A stretch of DNA of 64,000 bases. Source: Obrimoposthia wandeli (taxonomy: Eukaryota). Below, in pieces: positions 40,071 to 51,252 of the stretch. The position numbers and the translations under genes were made by a program. Under the pieces are notes generated by a model. The model had not been told where the DNA came from. It ran no database searches and saw only the letters and a program-made list of their open reading frames with translations. The first letter of the stretch is position 1. Each line of letters starts with the position of its first letter. The DNA lies in NCBI GenBank assembly GCA_977020255.1, contig CDROCS010001028.1, positions 62,001-126,000 on the forward strand, written 5' to 3'.

Positions 40071-42329
40071 TTATAAACCCTGTGCATACTGAGCATTAGT
40101 CGATACTGTTACCATGTTAGCTAATTCAGCTTTTGATTCTTCAACACCGTTCAGAATATTTTCAAAATGCGTAATTAGCTGCGATTTATCCAACTCTTCT
40201 TTAGAGCCTGAGCCAATGTTGGTTAAATCAATAAAGAATTCGTCGAATAAACCTGAAAGATCATTTACTACATCGATATTTAAGAACTGCTCATTGTTAT
40301 AAATGCTTGGGTAGCCACCTTTTTGCTTATCAACCGCAAAAGATATTCCTTTCACATTCGTAATGGTGGTCGCTTTTTCACATCGAAGCATACAGCCATC
40401 TTCAATTGCTGGTTTGTTACAACCTACCGTTTGTTGGAAGAAACACTGACGGCTCGTCATCATTAAAATCGGATGATAGATACTATAGAATAACTTAAAG
40501 TTTTCAGGACGCTTAATGTGTCGGATCTGACCACGGTTAATTTCATTCGAAATAAATGCACCAGAACAGTTCAATTCTTCTTTCATGGTGACTAAAGCAT
40601 GAGAGTTAGTGGTGTTTAAGAATGGACCCGCGACCCAATCAATATTCAGTTCAAACGCTTTATAAGCAATACCGGTATTGTTACTCACAATACGTTTTGG
40701 CTTCACTTCTTCTAGCACTTTCACCGCTTCTAAGTAATCTTTACCGATTAATACTGCTGGAAACCAAGGAATCAAACGTGGATTCTTTAAGAAGATGTTG
40801 ATGTACTTCTTACAATTCTTTTTAAAGCTTTCTGGAAGCTTGAAGTAAATATCCGCATCTGTTTCATCACAAAGGTGAAGATCTTTCTCATCGGCGATCA
40901 AAATCGACAATGTTGGTTTTTCTTCTACTTTTGGATGTTGTGGTAAAGCCGCAACCTCGACATGCTTAATCACTTCGACAGAATCATTCAATAAAAACGC
41001 GACTTCATTTTTTAGTGCAGTAAGCTCTTTAAATGGAATCGTTAAGCTCTCATCAAAATGTTCAAAGCCTAAACGCTCTAGGTTGAAATCGGCATTATTA
41101 AAGCTTCTAAAACGCTTTTCGATAGTCTCTGACGACATTGAAATCTGATCTGCTACGCGCAATGATGAATCAGATTTAACCACAAACGTCTTATTGCCCG
41201 TTGTAACGCTAACCGTTAACGGTTCGTTTAACTTTGCAGTAAAGTCGATTGTTAATGTTGGCTTTGAAATATCAAGGAACTTGATTTTATCTTCTAGCGT
41301 TGCACCAATGGCATTTTTAGATTCGTATAAATCTTTCTTAACATCTTCAATCTGAACAACTGAAATAGCGTTGTTTTTATCGATAGCATAATTCACGCTG
41401 TTATCACGTGGGTTATCGATAAACATGTCTTTCGTCAGATTACCTTTTAAGAATGAGTTGGTGAAATCACGGTTAAAGACCTTATGAAGATTTGAGTCAT
41501 CTTCTAGTATTTGCCCTGTTTCTACAAAGTTATTGATATGCTTGCGCCACGTATCAACAATGGTGTACACGTAATGTGCACCCTTAATACGACCTTCAAC
41601 CTTTAACGAATCGACACCTGCATCAACCAATTCAGGTAAATCAAAGTACGCTGAGTTATCTTTTAGGTTAAGAGGGAATTTGTTACCAGCAGCTGTAATT
41701 TCGTATTCATCACGACAAGCTTGGCTACAACGACCACGGTTACCCGAATTACCCACACTGACTGAGCTTGAGTAACATTGACCAGAGAAAGCAATACACA
41801 GTGAACCGTGTACGAAAACTTCAGTTAATATATCGTGTTCATGTGCTAGCGCGGTTAACGATTTTACTTCGCCAAGGTTCAATTCACGCGATAAATTAGC
41901 GCGTGTTGCGCCAACTTTATTAAGGAATAATATCTGACCTTCGTTATGAGTAGTTAACTGCGTTGAAGCGTGAACATCAAGACTAGGAAAATGCTTTTTC
42001 ACTAGGTTAAATATACCTAGGTCTTGAACAATGATGCCATCAATACCGCTATTAACCAGTTTATTCAGCAGCTTTACTAAAGTCGGAATTTCGTGCTCTA
42101 AGATAACAACGTTAAGGGTTAGAAAAACCTCGCAGCCGTATTGGTGAGCAAGTCGTAAAACGCCACTTAATTCATCAAATGAAAGATTGGACGCTCGGTT
42201 ACGGGCATTAAACATATCTAAGCCACAGTAGACGGCATTAGCACCAGCAACAATCGCGGCTTTAATTGCTTCTACATCACCACCCGGTGCCAATAATTCA
42301 ATTTTTCTACTCATGACGACAAAGCTCAC
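40071..42329 (-). CDS. U32 peptidase-family protein with DUF3656-like domain (RlhA-like RNA hydroxylase candidate)
   Basis: ELLAPGG, HASTQ, EVFVHGSLCIAFSGQC, GRCSQACR (Fe-S Cys) and SLKVEGR motifs. Confidence 0.85.
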   Translation of the reverse strand: MSFVVMSRKIELLAPGGDVEAIKAAIVAGANAVYCGLDMFNARNRASNLSFDELSGVLRLAHQYGCEVFLTLNVVILEHEIPTLVKLLNKLVNSGIDGIIVQDLGIFNLVKKHFPSLDVHASTQLTTHNEGQILFLNKVGATRANLSRELNLGEVKSLTALAHEHDILTEVFVHGSLCIAFSGQCYSSSVSVGNSGNRGRCSQACRDEYEITAAGNKFPLNLKDNSAYFDLPELVDAGVDSLKVEGRIKGAHYVYTIVDTWRKHINNFVETGQILEDDSNLHKVFNRDFTNSFLKGNLTKDMFIDNPRDNSVNYAIDKNNAISVVQIEDVKKDLYESKNAIGATLEDKIKFLDISKPTLTIDFTAKLNEPLTVSVTTGNKTFVVKSDSSLRVADQISMSSETIEKRFRSFNNADFNLERLGFEHFDESLTIPFKELTALKNEVAFLLNDSVEVIKHVEVAALPQHPKVEEKPTLSILIADEKDLHLCDETDADIYFKLPESFKKNCKKYINIFLKNPRLIPWFPAVLIGKDYLEAVKVLEEVKPKRIVSNNTGIAYKAFELNIDWVAGPFLNTTNSHALVTMKEELNCSGAFISNEINRGQIRHIKRPENFKLFYSIYHPILMMTSRQCFFQQTVGCNKPAIEDGCMLRCEKATTITNVKGISFAVDKQKGGYPSIYNNEQFLNIDVVNDLSGLFDEFFIDLTNIGSGSKEELDKSQLITHFENILNGVEESKAELANMVTVSTNAQYAQGL

Positions 42330-42530
42330 TTAAATTGTTAGATTATAATTTTTCAGGACAATTCTACCTGCATCCCGTTTTCATAGCTACAAAATCGGCT
42401 TTTGTTGACCCAGATCATTATTATGACGGCATTGAACAACGCTTAACTCGACCGGTTTTACAAACATCACAGGTAGCAGGATTACATTTTTTATATGATT
42501 ATTCAGGAATATAGGGTTTCTGAATAAGTA

Positions 42531-42558
42531 AGCCTTTCCGCCAAAAAACGGAAAGGCT
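42531..42558 (-). terminator. hrpA terminator
   Basis: AGCCTTTCCG-CCAAAAAA-CGGAAAGGCT. Confidence 0.6.
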
Positions 42559-42570
42559 CATCATTATTGA

Positions 42571-45500
42571 TTAACAGTCGTTAATCGCATTGCGTACACG
42601 CTTATCTGAAACAGGGTAAGGCGTACCCAGTTGTTGAGCAAAGAAGCTCACGCGAAGTTCTTCGACCATCCAACGGATCTCTTTCACTTTTTCTGGTATG
42701 GCTTGCCCTTTCGGAATTTTATTCAGTAACTCTTTGTAATCACTTATTACTGAATCAATCTTCAAGATTTGAACGCGATCTTTATTCGGGTCGATGGGTA
42801 GTTTTTCCATTCGACGCTCAATCGCCTTCATGTATCGCAGAATATCTGGCAATCTCTGCCATCCACATTCTGTTGCAAAGCCTTTAAAGATCAAACCTTC
42901 AATCTGCGCTTTAATATCAGACAGTGCAAATGCCATAGATAAATCAACACGACCTTTTAAGCGCTTGTTAATACTAAATGCCGTTGTCAAAATGGCTTCT
43001 ACTTGCTGCGCAACATCAACAACTGTATCGCCTAGTTCTGCTCGAACGTATTCTTTGGTTTGTGCAAATTGCTCTGGTTCCCAAATCAAACCGCCCTTCT
43101 GTTGAATAAGTTTATCAACACCGCAGGCAATACAGTCGTCGATAAGATCCATCACACGACCGTATGGGTTGAAATATAAACCCAATTTCGATTTATTTGG
43201 CAAGTTCGAGTGTAAGTATTTAATAGGCGAAGGCACGTTCAACAGAACCAAACGACGCTGACCTTGAGTCATTGCCATTCTCTGCTCTTCTTCCGTTTCA
43301 AATAACTTGATACCCACAGAGTCTTTGTTATCTACCAATGCTGGGAACGCTTTAACTTCAAAGCCGCCACGTTTTTGTTGATAACATTCAGGTAATGCAC
43401 CAAAGCTCCATGTTTTTAAGCCTTCTTGTTCAATGTCATCATCAGCAACTTGCGACAATGTTTCTTGAACTTGCTCTTTCAAGCCATCTTTTAAACTGTA
43501 TAAATCTTTGCTTTCTTTCAGCTTACGGTTCTTGTGATCAACCACACGGTACGTAATCTTCAAGTGATCTGAAACTTGCTCGGCTTTCCAGTCTTCACGC
43601 AATATGGTGACGCCCGTAATACGCTTTAATTCTTTCTCTAACGCATCCAGCAATGGCATCGACATTGCTTCTGCACGTGAAAGGAAAGCATCTGCATAAT
43701 TAGGTGCAGGCACAAAGTTGCGACGAATCGGCTTGGGTAATGATTTAATTAATGACACAACCAATTCATGACGAAGACCCGGTATTTGCCAATCAAAGTT
43801 ATCGGGTTCTACTTGGTTCAGTATCGGTAGCGGCACATGCACCGTTACACCGTCACTATCTTCACCCGGTTCAAACTGGTAGCTCAACTTCAGTTTCAAG
43901 TTACCTTGATGCCAAAAGTTCGGGTAATCTAAATCAGTAATATGGCTAGCGTCGCCTCTGAACAACATTTCACGTTCAAAGTTAAGCAGATTACTGTCTT
44001 CTTTTGATGCCTTCTTCCACCAGCTATCGAAGAAACTCCCCGATACCACAGTGTGCTCAACACGTTGATCGTAGAATTCAAATAATTCGTCATCATCGAT
44101 CAAAATATCACGACGACGAGATTTGTGCTCTAGCTCTTCCACTTCGCGCAATAGTCGTCGATTTTGATGATAAAACTTATGCTTCGTTTCCCAATCACCT
44201 TCAACTAGTGCCGAGCGAATGAATATTTCGCGCGATACTTGCGCATCAATACTGCCGTAATTCACTTTACGATTAGCAACAATGGCAATGCCGTACATCA
44301 TGATTTTTTCAAACGCGAATACAGCAGCTTGTTTCTTTTCCCAATGCGGTTCGCTATAGCTACGCCTTAACAAATGCTGTGCTAATGGTTCAACCCACTC
44401 GGGTTGAATTTTAGCGGCAATACGCCCCCACAGCTTTGATGTTTCAACCAGTTCGGCAACCATCACCCACTTAGGCTGTTTCTTGAAAATGCCAGACCCC
44501 GGGAAGATATTAAAGCGCGCATTTCGTGCACCTTGATATTCGTTCTTTTCTTGATCTTTAATACCAATATGAGAAAGCATACCAGCCAATAATGACTGGT
44601 GAATACTGTCGTAACTTGCTTCTTGGCTATTAATTTTCAAATCGAGTTCTTTTACTACCTGGCTCACTTGGTAGTAAATATCTTGCCATTCACGAATACG
44701 TAAATAGTTCAGATAGTCTTTCTTACATTGTTTACGGAATTGATTGCCAGACAGCTCTTTTTGCTGCTCTTGAACATAATTCCATAAATTAACAAATGCG
44801 ATGAAATCAGAATCTTTATCCGCAAAGCGATTATGCTTTTCGTCAGACGCTTGTTTTTTCTCTGACGGCCTTTCACGTGGGTCTTGAATCGACAATGCAC
44901 ACGCGATAACCATCACTTCGCGTAATGAACCCAGTTTAGGGGCTTCTAACACCATACGTGCAAGACGAGGATCAAGCGGTAACCTTGCTAACTGACGACC
45001 CATTGGCGATAAACGCTTACGAGGGTCGGTCGCTTTAAGATTAATCGCACCTAACTCTTCAAGTAGGCGTAAACCATCTTGAATGTTGCGATTATCTGGC
45101 GCTTCTACAAACGGGAAGGCGTGAATATCGCCCAAACCAATCGCCGTCATTTGCAAGATAACAGATGCTAAATTAGTACGTAGAATTTCAGGATCGGTAA
45201 ATTCAGGACGAGATAAGAAATCGTCTTCTGAATACAATCGAATACAAATACCTTCTTGAACACGACCACATCGGCCTTTACGCTGATTAGCACTTGCTTG
45301 TGAAATCGCTTCAATCGGTAGACGCTGTACTTTAGTCCGGTAGCTGTATCGGCTAATACGTGCAGTACCAGGGTCGATAACATACTTAATGCCAGGTACC
45401 GTTAACGATGTTTCTGCAACGTTAGTCGACAAAACAACGCGGCGACCACCGTGTGATTGGAATACACGGTTCTGTTCATTAGCCGACAAACGCGCATACA

Positions 45501-46530
45501 ACGGCAATACTTCGGTATTACGCAAATTACGCTTTTCTAGGGCATCTGCCGTATCACGAATTTCACGTTCACCGTTCATGAAGATCAGGATATCACCAGA
45601 ACCTTCATCGCATAGTTCATCGACAGCATCGAAAATAGCTTGTAGCTGATCACGATCGTTATCGTCACCGTCTTCAGACACGGGACGGTAGCGAGTTTCT
45701 ACCGGGTAAGTACGTCCAGTCACTTCAATGATAGGCGCATTATTGAAATGCTTTGAAAAACGTTCAGGATCGATCGTTGCCGATGTAATCACAACTTTCA
45801 GATCAGGGCGTTTTGGTAATAGTTCGCGCAAGTAACCCATAATGAAATCGATGTTAAGGCTACGTTCGTGCGCTTCATCGATAATTATGGTGTCGTACTG
45901 ACTTAAGAAACGGTCATTTTGAATTTCAGCCAGTAAAATACCGTCTGTCATCAATTTGACTTGGCTGCGATCAGAAACTTGGTCATTAAATCGAACTTTA
46001 TAACCAACGTACGAACCTAATTCGCACTCCATCTCTTCAGCAATACGCGTTGCAACAGTACGCGCCGCAAGACGACGAGGCTGAGTATGACCAATCATAC
46101 CGTGGGTGCCACGGCCTAATTCCATACAGATTTTTGGTAACTGCGTGGTTTTACCCGACCCAGTTTCACCCGCCACAATCACAACTTGGTTGTGTTTTAT
46201 TGCTTCTGCAATGTCATCTTTTCTTTGGCTAACAGGCAGTAACTCAGGGTATTTAATCGTAGGCCGATTCGTTCTACGCAGCTCAACTGTTTGCATTGAT
46301 TTCGCAATATCTAGTGCAATTTCATCAAATACAACGTGCTTTGCTTTTTCATTCTTAATTCTTGCCGCGCCTTGCACACGTTTGTGCAAACGAAAACGAT
46401 CGCGAATCATGCAATCTTTAATGGCGGCTTTCAGCGTTTTTTCATTATTCAAAACGTCTGATTGAGGAGTATTAGACAGACTCAAAGGAATTCCTGACTT
46501 TTCAATTTGAAAATAATAAAGTATATCCAA
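42571..46530 (-). CDS. hrpA: ATP-dependent RNA helicase HrpA (true start probably slightly downstream)
   Basis: GETGSGKTTQ, DEAHERS, SAT, QRKGRCGR, DUF3418 C-terminus (WMVEELRVS.FAQQLGT). Confidence 0.97.
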   Translation of the reverse strand: MDILYYFQIEKSGIPLSLSNTPQSDVLNNEKTLKAAIKDCMIRDRFRLHKRVQGAARIKNEKAKHVVFDEIALDIAKSMQTVELRRTNRPTIKYPELLPVSQRKDDIAEAIKHNQVVIVAGETGSGKTTQLPKICMELGRGTHGMIGHTQPRRLAARTVATRIAEEMECELGSYVGYKVRFNDQVSDRSQVKLMTDGILLAEIQNDRFLSQYDTIIIDEAHERSLNIDFIMGYLRELLPKRPDLKVVITSATIDPERFSKHFNNAPIIEVTGRTYPVETRYRPVSEDGDDNDRDQLQAIFDAVDELCDEGSGDILIFMNGEREIRDTADALEKRNLRNTEVLPLYARLSANEQNRVFQSHGGRRVVLSTNVAETSLTVPGIKYVIDPGTARISRYSYRTKVQRLPIEAISQASANQRKGRCGRVQEGICIRLYSEDDFLSRPEFTDPEILRTNLASVILQMTAIGLGDIHAFPFVEAPDNRNIQDGLRLLEELGAINLKATDPRKRLSPMGRQLARLPLDPRLARMVLEAPKLGSLREVMVIACALSIQDPRERPSEKKQASDEKHNRFADKDSDFIAFVNLWNYVQEQQKELSGNQFRKQCKKDYLNYLRIREWQDIYYQVSQVVKELDLKINSQEASYDSIHQSLLAGMLSHIGIKDQEKNEYQGARNARFNIFPGSGIFKKQPKWVMVAELVETSKLWGRIAAKIQPEWVEPLAQHLLRRSYSEPHWEKKQAAVFAFEKIMMYGIAIVANRKVNYGSIDAQVSREIFIRSALVEGDWETKHKFYHQNRRLLREVEELEHKSRRRDILIDDDELFEFYDQRVEHTVVSGSFFDSWWKKASKEDSNLLNFEREMLFRGDASHITDLDYPNFWHQGNLKLKLSYQFEPGEDSDGVTVHVPLPILNQVEPDNFDWQIPGLRHELVVSLIKSLPKPIRRNFVPAPNYADAFLSRAEAMSMPLLDALEKELKRITGVTILREDWKAEQVSDHLKITYRVVDHKNRKLKESKDLYSLKDGLKEQVQETLSQVADDDIEQEGLKTWSFGALPECYQQKRGGFEVKAFPALVDNKDSVGIKLFETEEEQRMAMTQGQRRLVLLNVPSPIKYLHSNLPNKSKLGLYFNPYGRVMDLIDDCIACGVDKLIQQKGGLIWEPEQFAQTKEYVRAELGDTVVDVAQQVEAILTTAFSINKRLKGRVDLSMAFALSDIKAQIEGLIFKGFATECGWQRLPDILRYMKAIERRMEKLPIDPNKDRVQILKIDSVISDYKELLNKIPKGQAIPEKVKEIRWMVEELRVSFFAQQLGTPYPVSDKRVRNAINDC

Positions 46531-46766
46531 ACCACCTCAAATCGCAGATTTAGGCGAGCGTTGAAGGCGTTTGGGTATATCTATAAAAACGGGCGTGATT
46601 CTACCACATATTTAGAACTGATTCTGAACTGTGATTAACATCAAAATACGCATCAAAATACAAACAGAAAAAGCAGAATTCAATTCAGACAGTACACACA
46701 TATGCACACTGTAGAACTAAACTCTGCTTTAAATGTTTCACCTTGATTTTTTTACAATAAAATTAA

Positions 46767-48176
46767 CTAGGCTGCAAGGCACTCTTTTTCATTAATCGGT
46801 GCGTCGTCATTGTCATTAATCAAATTCGTTAACCATCGACGTCCTTTAATACGGTGTGTAGTCAAGAATACCTTCACTACCTCTTCCGTCAAAATGGCAA
46901 GCATTACCCAGTGCAGCGGCCACCCCAATACAATACCCGTGATAATCGCAAGAGGGATACCAATTGCCCATTGTGCGAACAAATCGATAAAAATACTGTA
47001 GCGAATATCGCCACCACTGCGTAATACCCCACCAATGCCGACCATATTGAACACTTTTAGGCATAAACCAAGCGCTAACACTAACGTGACATTAACGGCC
47101 ATTTCCAAATTAGGCGTACCCGCTTTAGCAAGTAAATCACCAATACTGTTATGGAATATTAATACCGTCGCGCCAACAATCATCGCTAACGACGCACTTA
47201 AACCAATAAACCACCATGATTGATGCCACGCACGTTGGTAATTTTCAGCGCCTAACTCATGGCCAAGTATGGTTGATGCGGCTACAGCAAAACCAATAAA
47301 CCCAGATATTAGCACCCCTTCTATCGGTGATAATAAACTGATGATTGCTAATTCAGTGACGCCAAGCTGCCCGATGATGTAGTTGTAAACCAATATTCCC
47401 ATTGCCCAACCACCATCATGGATCACCATCGGCAGTGCAACAGAAAGATACTTTTTACGCGCCTTTACCGTTATTGCTGCTTCAGCATCCGAGACCTTTG
47501 GCAAAATCTCATTATACTTCCAATATGTGACAGCTAATAAAATAACAGTTTGGATACCGCGCGATATTGTTGTGCCTAGTGCTGCACCTGCAACACCCAT
47601 CTCAGGAAACCCGTATAAGCCGAATATCAACAGTGCATTTAACGCCGCATTAATGAGTACCGCAATCAGCCCTACTACGGTTGGCATTTTAGCGACACCA
47701 ACCGATCGTAATGCCGATTCTAATGGTACAACAATGGCGGTAAATATGATGCTCCAACCGCACACAAATAAATACGTTGTTGCATGCTCAACAAACGTTG
47801 GGTCATTGGTAATAACACTCACAATGCTTTCAGGTGCTAAACGAAACAAAATCGCAAAAGGTATCGTTAAAACAATGGCGCAAGCCCAAGATTGCAGTAA
47901 TGTACGACGAACACCATCCATTTTACCTGCACCAAAATACTGCGCAGCTAATACGCCTACAGCACCGCTCACACCAACAATGACCAGTAAGTTAAAAAAG
48001 AAAATTCGATTACCGACACCAACGGCTGCAACCTGTGATTCTCCCAGTGTTGAAACCATCATTACATCGACTAAACCCAAGATGGCAAAAAGCATCGACT
48101 GCATCGAAACCGGTATCGCCAATCGCCATGTTTTCTGCCAAAATTCTTTATCCGCTGCCGCTTTCCAATTTTGCAT
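46767..48176 (-). CDS. MATE-family efflux transporter
   Basis: 12-TM MATE repeat pattern (LAIPVS, DVMMVS.LG, G..GAALGT.ISR). Confidence 0.9.
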   Translation of the reverse strand: MQNWKAAADKEFWQKTWRLAIPVSMQSMLFAILGLVDVMMVSTLGESQVAAVGVGNRIFFFNLLVIVGVSGAVGVLAAQYFGAGKMDGVRRTLLQSWACAIVLTIPFAILFRLAPESIVSVITNDPTFVEHATTYLFVCGWSIIFTAIVVPLESALRSVGVAKMPTVVGLIAVLINAALNALLIFGLYGFPEMGVAGAALGTTISRGIQTVILLAVTYWKYNEILPKVSDAEAAITVKARKKYLSVALPMVIHDGGWAMGILVYNYIIGQLGVTELAIISLLSPIEGVLISGFIGFAVAASTILGHELGAENYQRAWHQSWWFIGLSASLAMIVGATVLIFHNSIGDLLAKAGTPNLEMAVNVTLVLALGLCLKVFNMVGIGGVLRSGGDIRYSIFIDLFAQWAIGIPLAIITGIVLGWPLHWVMLAILTEEVVKVFLTTHRIKGRRWLTNLINDNDDAPINEKECLAA

Positions 48177-48332
48177 TTTTGCCCCCTTCTAATGTTTGCT
48201 TATGTGAGGTGGATCATACGCCTAAAGGTAAATAACGACTTATGCTATCTTCTCAACAACCTTTGCTAAACTATCAAATGATATTTTTATACGATTATTA
48301 ATGAATATCTAAACAAGATAAAAGGAGAAAGC

Positions 48333-49217
48333 ATGAGTTGGCCAGAGTACTTTGAAATATCTGATCAATGCCGCACGACAACGATCGACCAAGGGCAACT
48401 TGTGGCTTTAGAGAAACACCAAATCGTGCAATGCGGCGTGAATTACGCACGCCAAAGCTTTACGGTGTATCGTCGTAACCCCAATATGCATATGTTGCTA
48501 TTTACTTGTTGCGGTGAAGGTTGGCTAGAAACACCCGTGCGAAAATGGACACTGGAAAGCGGTAGCGTTATTCATGTTCCGCCTGGTTCTGCGAATGGAT
48601 TTGGAATAACCCAAAAAGAAAAAGATCCTGATAACGAAACGTTAGACACAGAAAGTGAAAACACATGGGATATAGCGTGGGTAATGCTAAGTGATAATGG
48701 CGAGTGGGCAAAAACAATGCCCAACGAAGTCACATACAGTAAAACGCAATGTGCTGATATGCTACGTAAAACCATCGACTGTTTACATCAATCGATGTCG
48801 CTACCCTATCCTGTTGGTAACCAGCTAGGAGATAACTTAGTTGAACAAATACGCTTATTGGTCACAAACCGTTTACCAACGTCTATGCCAATCTCGTTGC
48901 AACGATTAGAAAAAGTGTTTGATCGCGCTAAAGAACAGCTTCATCGTCAGTGGAGCGTTGCTGAATTAGCGGCATTGCATCCCTGTTCTGAACCTCACTT
49001 TCACCGATTATGCCAACAGTACTATTGTCATAGTCCTATTGCGCATTTAACACGGTTACGGATGGAATATGCTGCTCGTCTATTGAGTGCTACCGAATGG
49101 CCAATACAACATATTAGTGAGTCGAGTGGGTATCAAAACCCTGCCAATTTCAGCACTCGTTTTAAAAAATGGAGCTCTCTTACCCCCAGAGAATTTAGGC
49201 AACGCTTTCGATATTAA
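48333..49217 (+). CDS. AraC-family regulator divergent from the MATE gene
   Basis: Cupin N-terminus; C-terminal double HTH (LRMEYAARLL...GYQNPANFSTRFKK). Confidence 0.9.
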   Translation: MSWPEYFEISDQCRTTTIDQGQLVALEKHQIVQCGVNYARQSFTVYRRNPNMHMLLFTCCGEGWLETPVRKWTLESGSVIHVPPGSANGFGITQKEKDPDNETLDTESENTWDIAWVMLSDNGEWAKTMPNEVTYSKTQCADMLRKTIDCLHQSMSLPYPVGNQLGDNLVEQIRLLVTNRLPTSMPISLQRLEKVFDRAKEQLHRQWSVAELAALHPCSEPHFHRLCQQYYCHSPIAHLTRLRMEYAARLLSATEWPIQHISESSGYQNPANFSTRFKKWSSLTPREFRQRFRY

Positions 49218-49226
49218 CAAAAGACG

Positions 49227-49286
49227 GCCTTGCCTAAAGCCCAATAAACTCGCACTGAAACGAGCACATTGAAGGAACTTGGGTAG
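49227..49286. repeat. Degenerate right-end fragment of the 266-bp MITE
   Basis: GCCTTGCCTAAAGCCCAA...CGCACTGAAACGAGCACATTGAAGGAACTTGGGTAGA aligns by eye to 27003-27063. Confidence 0.7.
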
Positions 49287-49362
49287 AAAGGTTATTTATA
49301 GAACTGTATTTTAATGGAATGTTGTGGTCAAGTAAAACTGTACACCTAGATAGGCGTTTAAA

Positions 49363-50519
<1,157 letters not shown>

Positions 50520-50721
50520 TTTTATGTTGAGAGTATTTTATCTCATTTAGGTGTACAAATTCATTAAGCCACAACAGAACAGTGTGCGATGAGTGTTGTC
50601 ATAACCTTTATGAGAAAGAGAGTTTGAGAAGATTTATTCCTCTTGAAACCTTGATTTATTACCAAACAAACCACAGTTAGTAATAAAGCTTCAAATCAAT
50701 ACGTAGAGTAAGAGGCATATT

Positions 50722-51171
50722 ATGTTCAAACAATTACGCACTTTATTTCGCCAAGTCATGCATGAAGGCAGTGATGGCGGTGCTATTGATACCCCGACAA
50801 TGAATTTAGCGATGGCCTCTTTATTGTGTGAAGTAGCCAATGCTGATCACCAAGTAGATCCTAGAGAGGAGGCAGCTAAAGTACAGTTGCTCATAAAGCT
50901 ACTCGATATAGATGAAGCAAGAGCTATCGATTTACTCGCTGAAGCTATGGTAAGAAGTGAAAAATCTGTCTCTTTGTATGAATTTACAACAAAGCTGCGT
51001 GAACTTAAGCCAGAAGAACGCTTTCAGCTTATTGAAGCGATGTGGCAAGTCGCCTATGCCGATGGCATTATCGAACCCATGGAAGAGGCTGTGATCCGTC
51101 AAGTATCTGAGTTAATTTACCTTGATCATACAGCGTTTATCCGCGCAAAATTATCAGCAAAAAATGGCTAA
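50722..51171 (+). CDS. TerB-family (tellurite resistance-like) protein
   Basis: ASLLCEVANAD...EE, MWQVAYADG.I...EE and RQVSELI motifs. Confidence 0.85.
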   Translation: MFKQLRTLFRQVMHEGSDGGAIDTPTMNLAMASLLCEVANADHQVDPREEAAKVQLLIKLLDIDEARAIDLLAEAMVRSEKSVSLYEFTTKLRELKPEERFQLIEAMWQVAYADGIIEPMEEAVIRQVSELIYLDHTAFIRAKLSAKNG

Positions 51172-51252
51172 TCAACATACACATTTCAAAACGGGACACA
51201 TGATATAAAAAAGCCTGCAAATGCAGGCTTTAAATAAGCGACCTATTTCAAT

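Noticed and set aside
50722-51171. TerB gene as part of a ter/defence island
   Set aside because: Single gene in a housekeeping context next to ppsA; no other ter genes.
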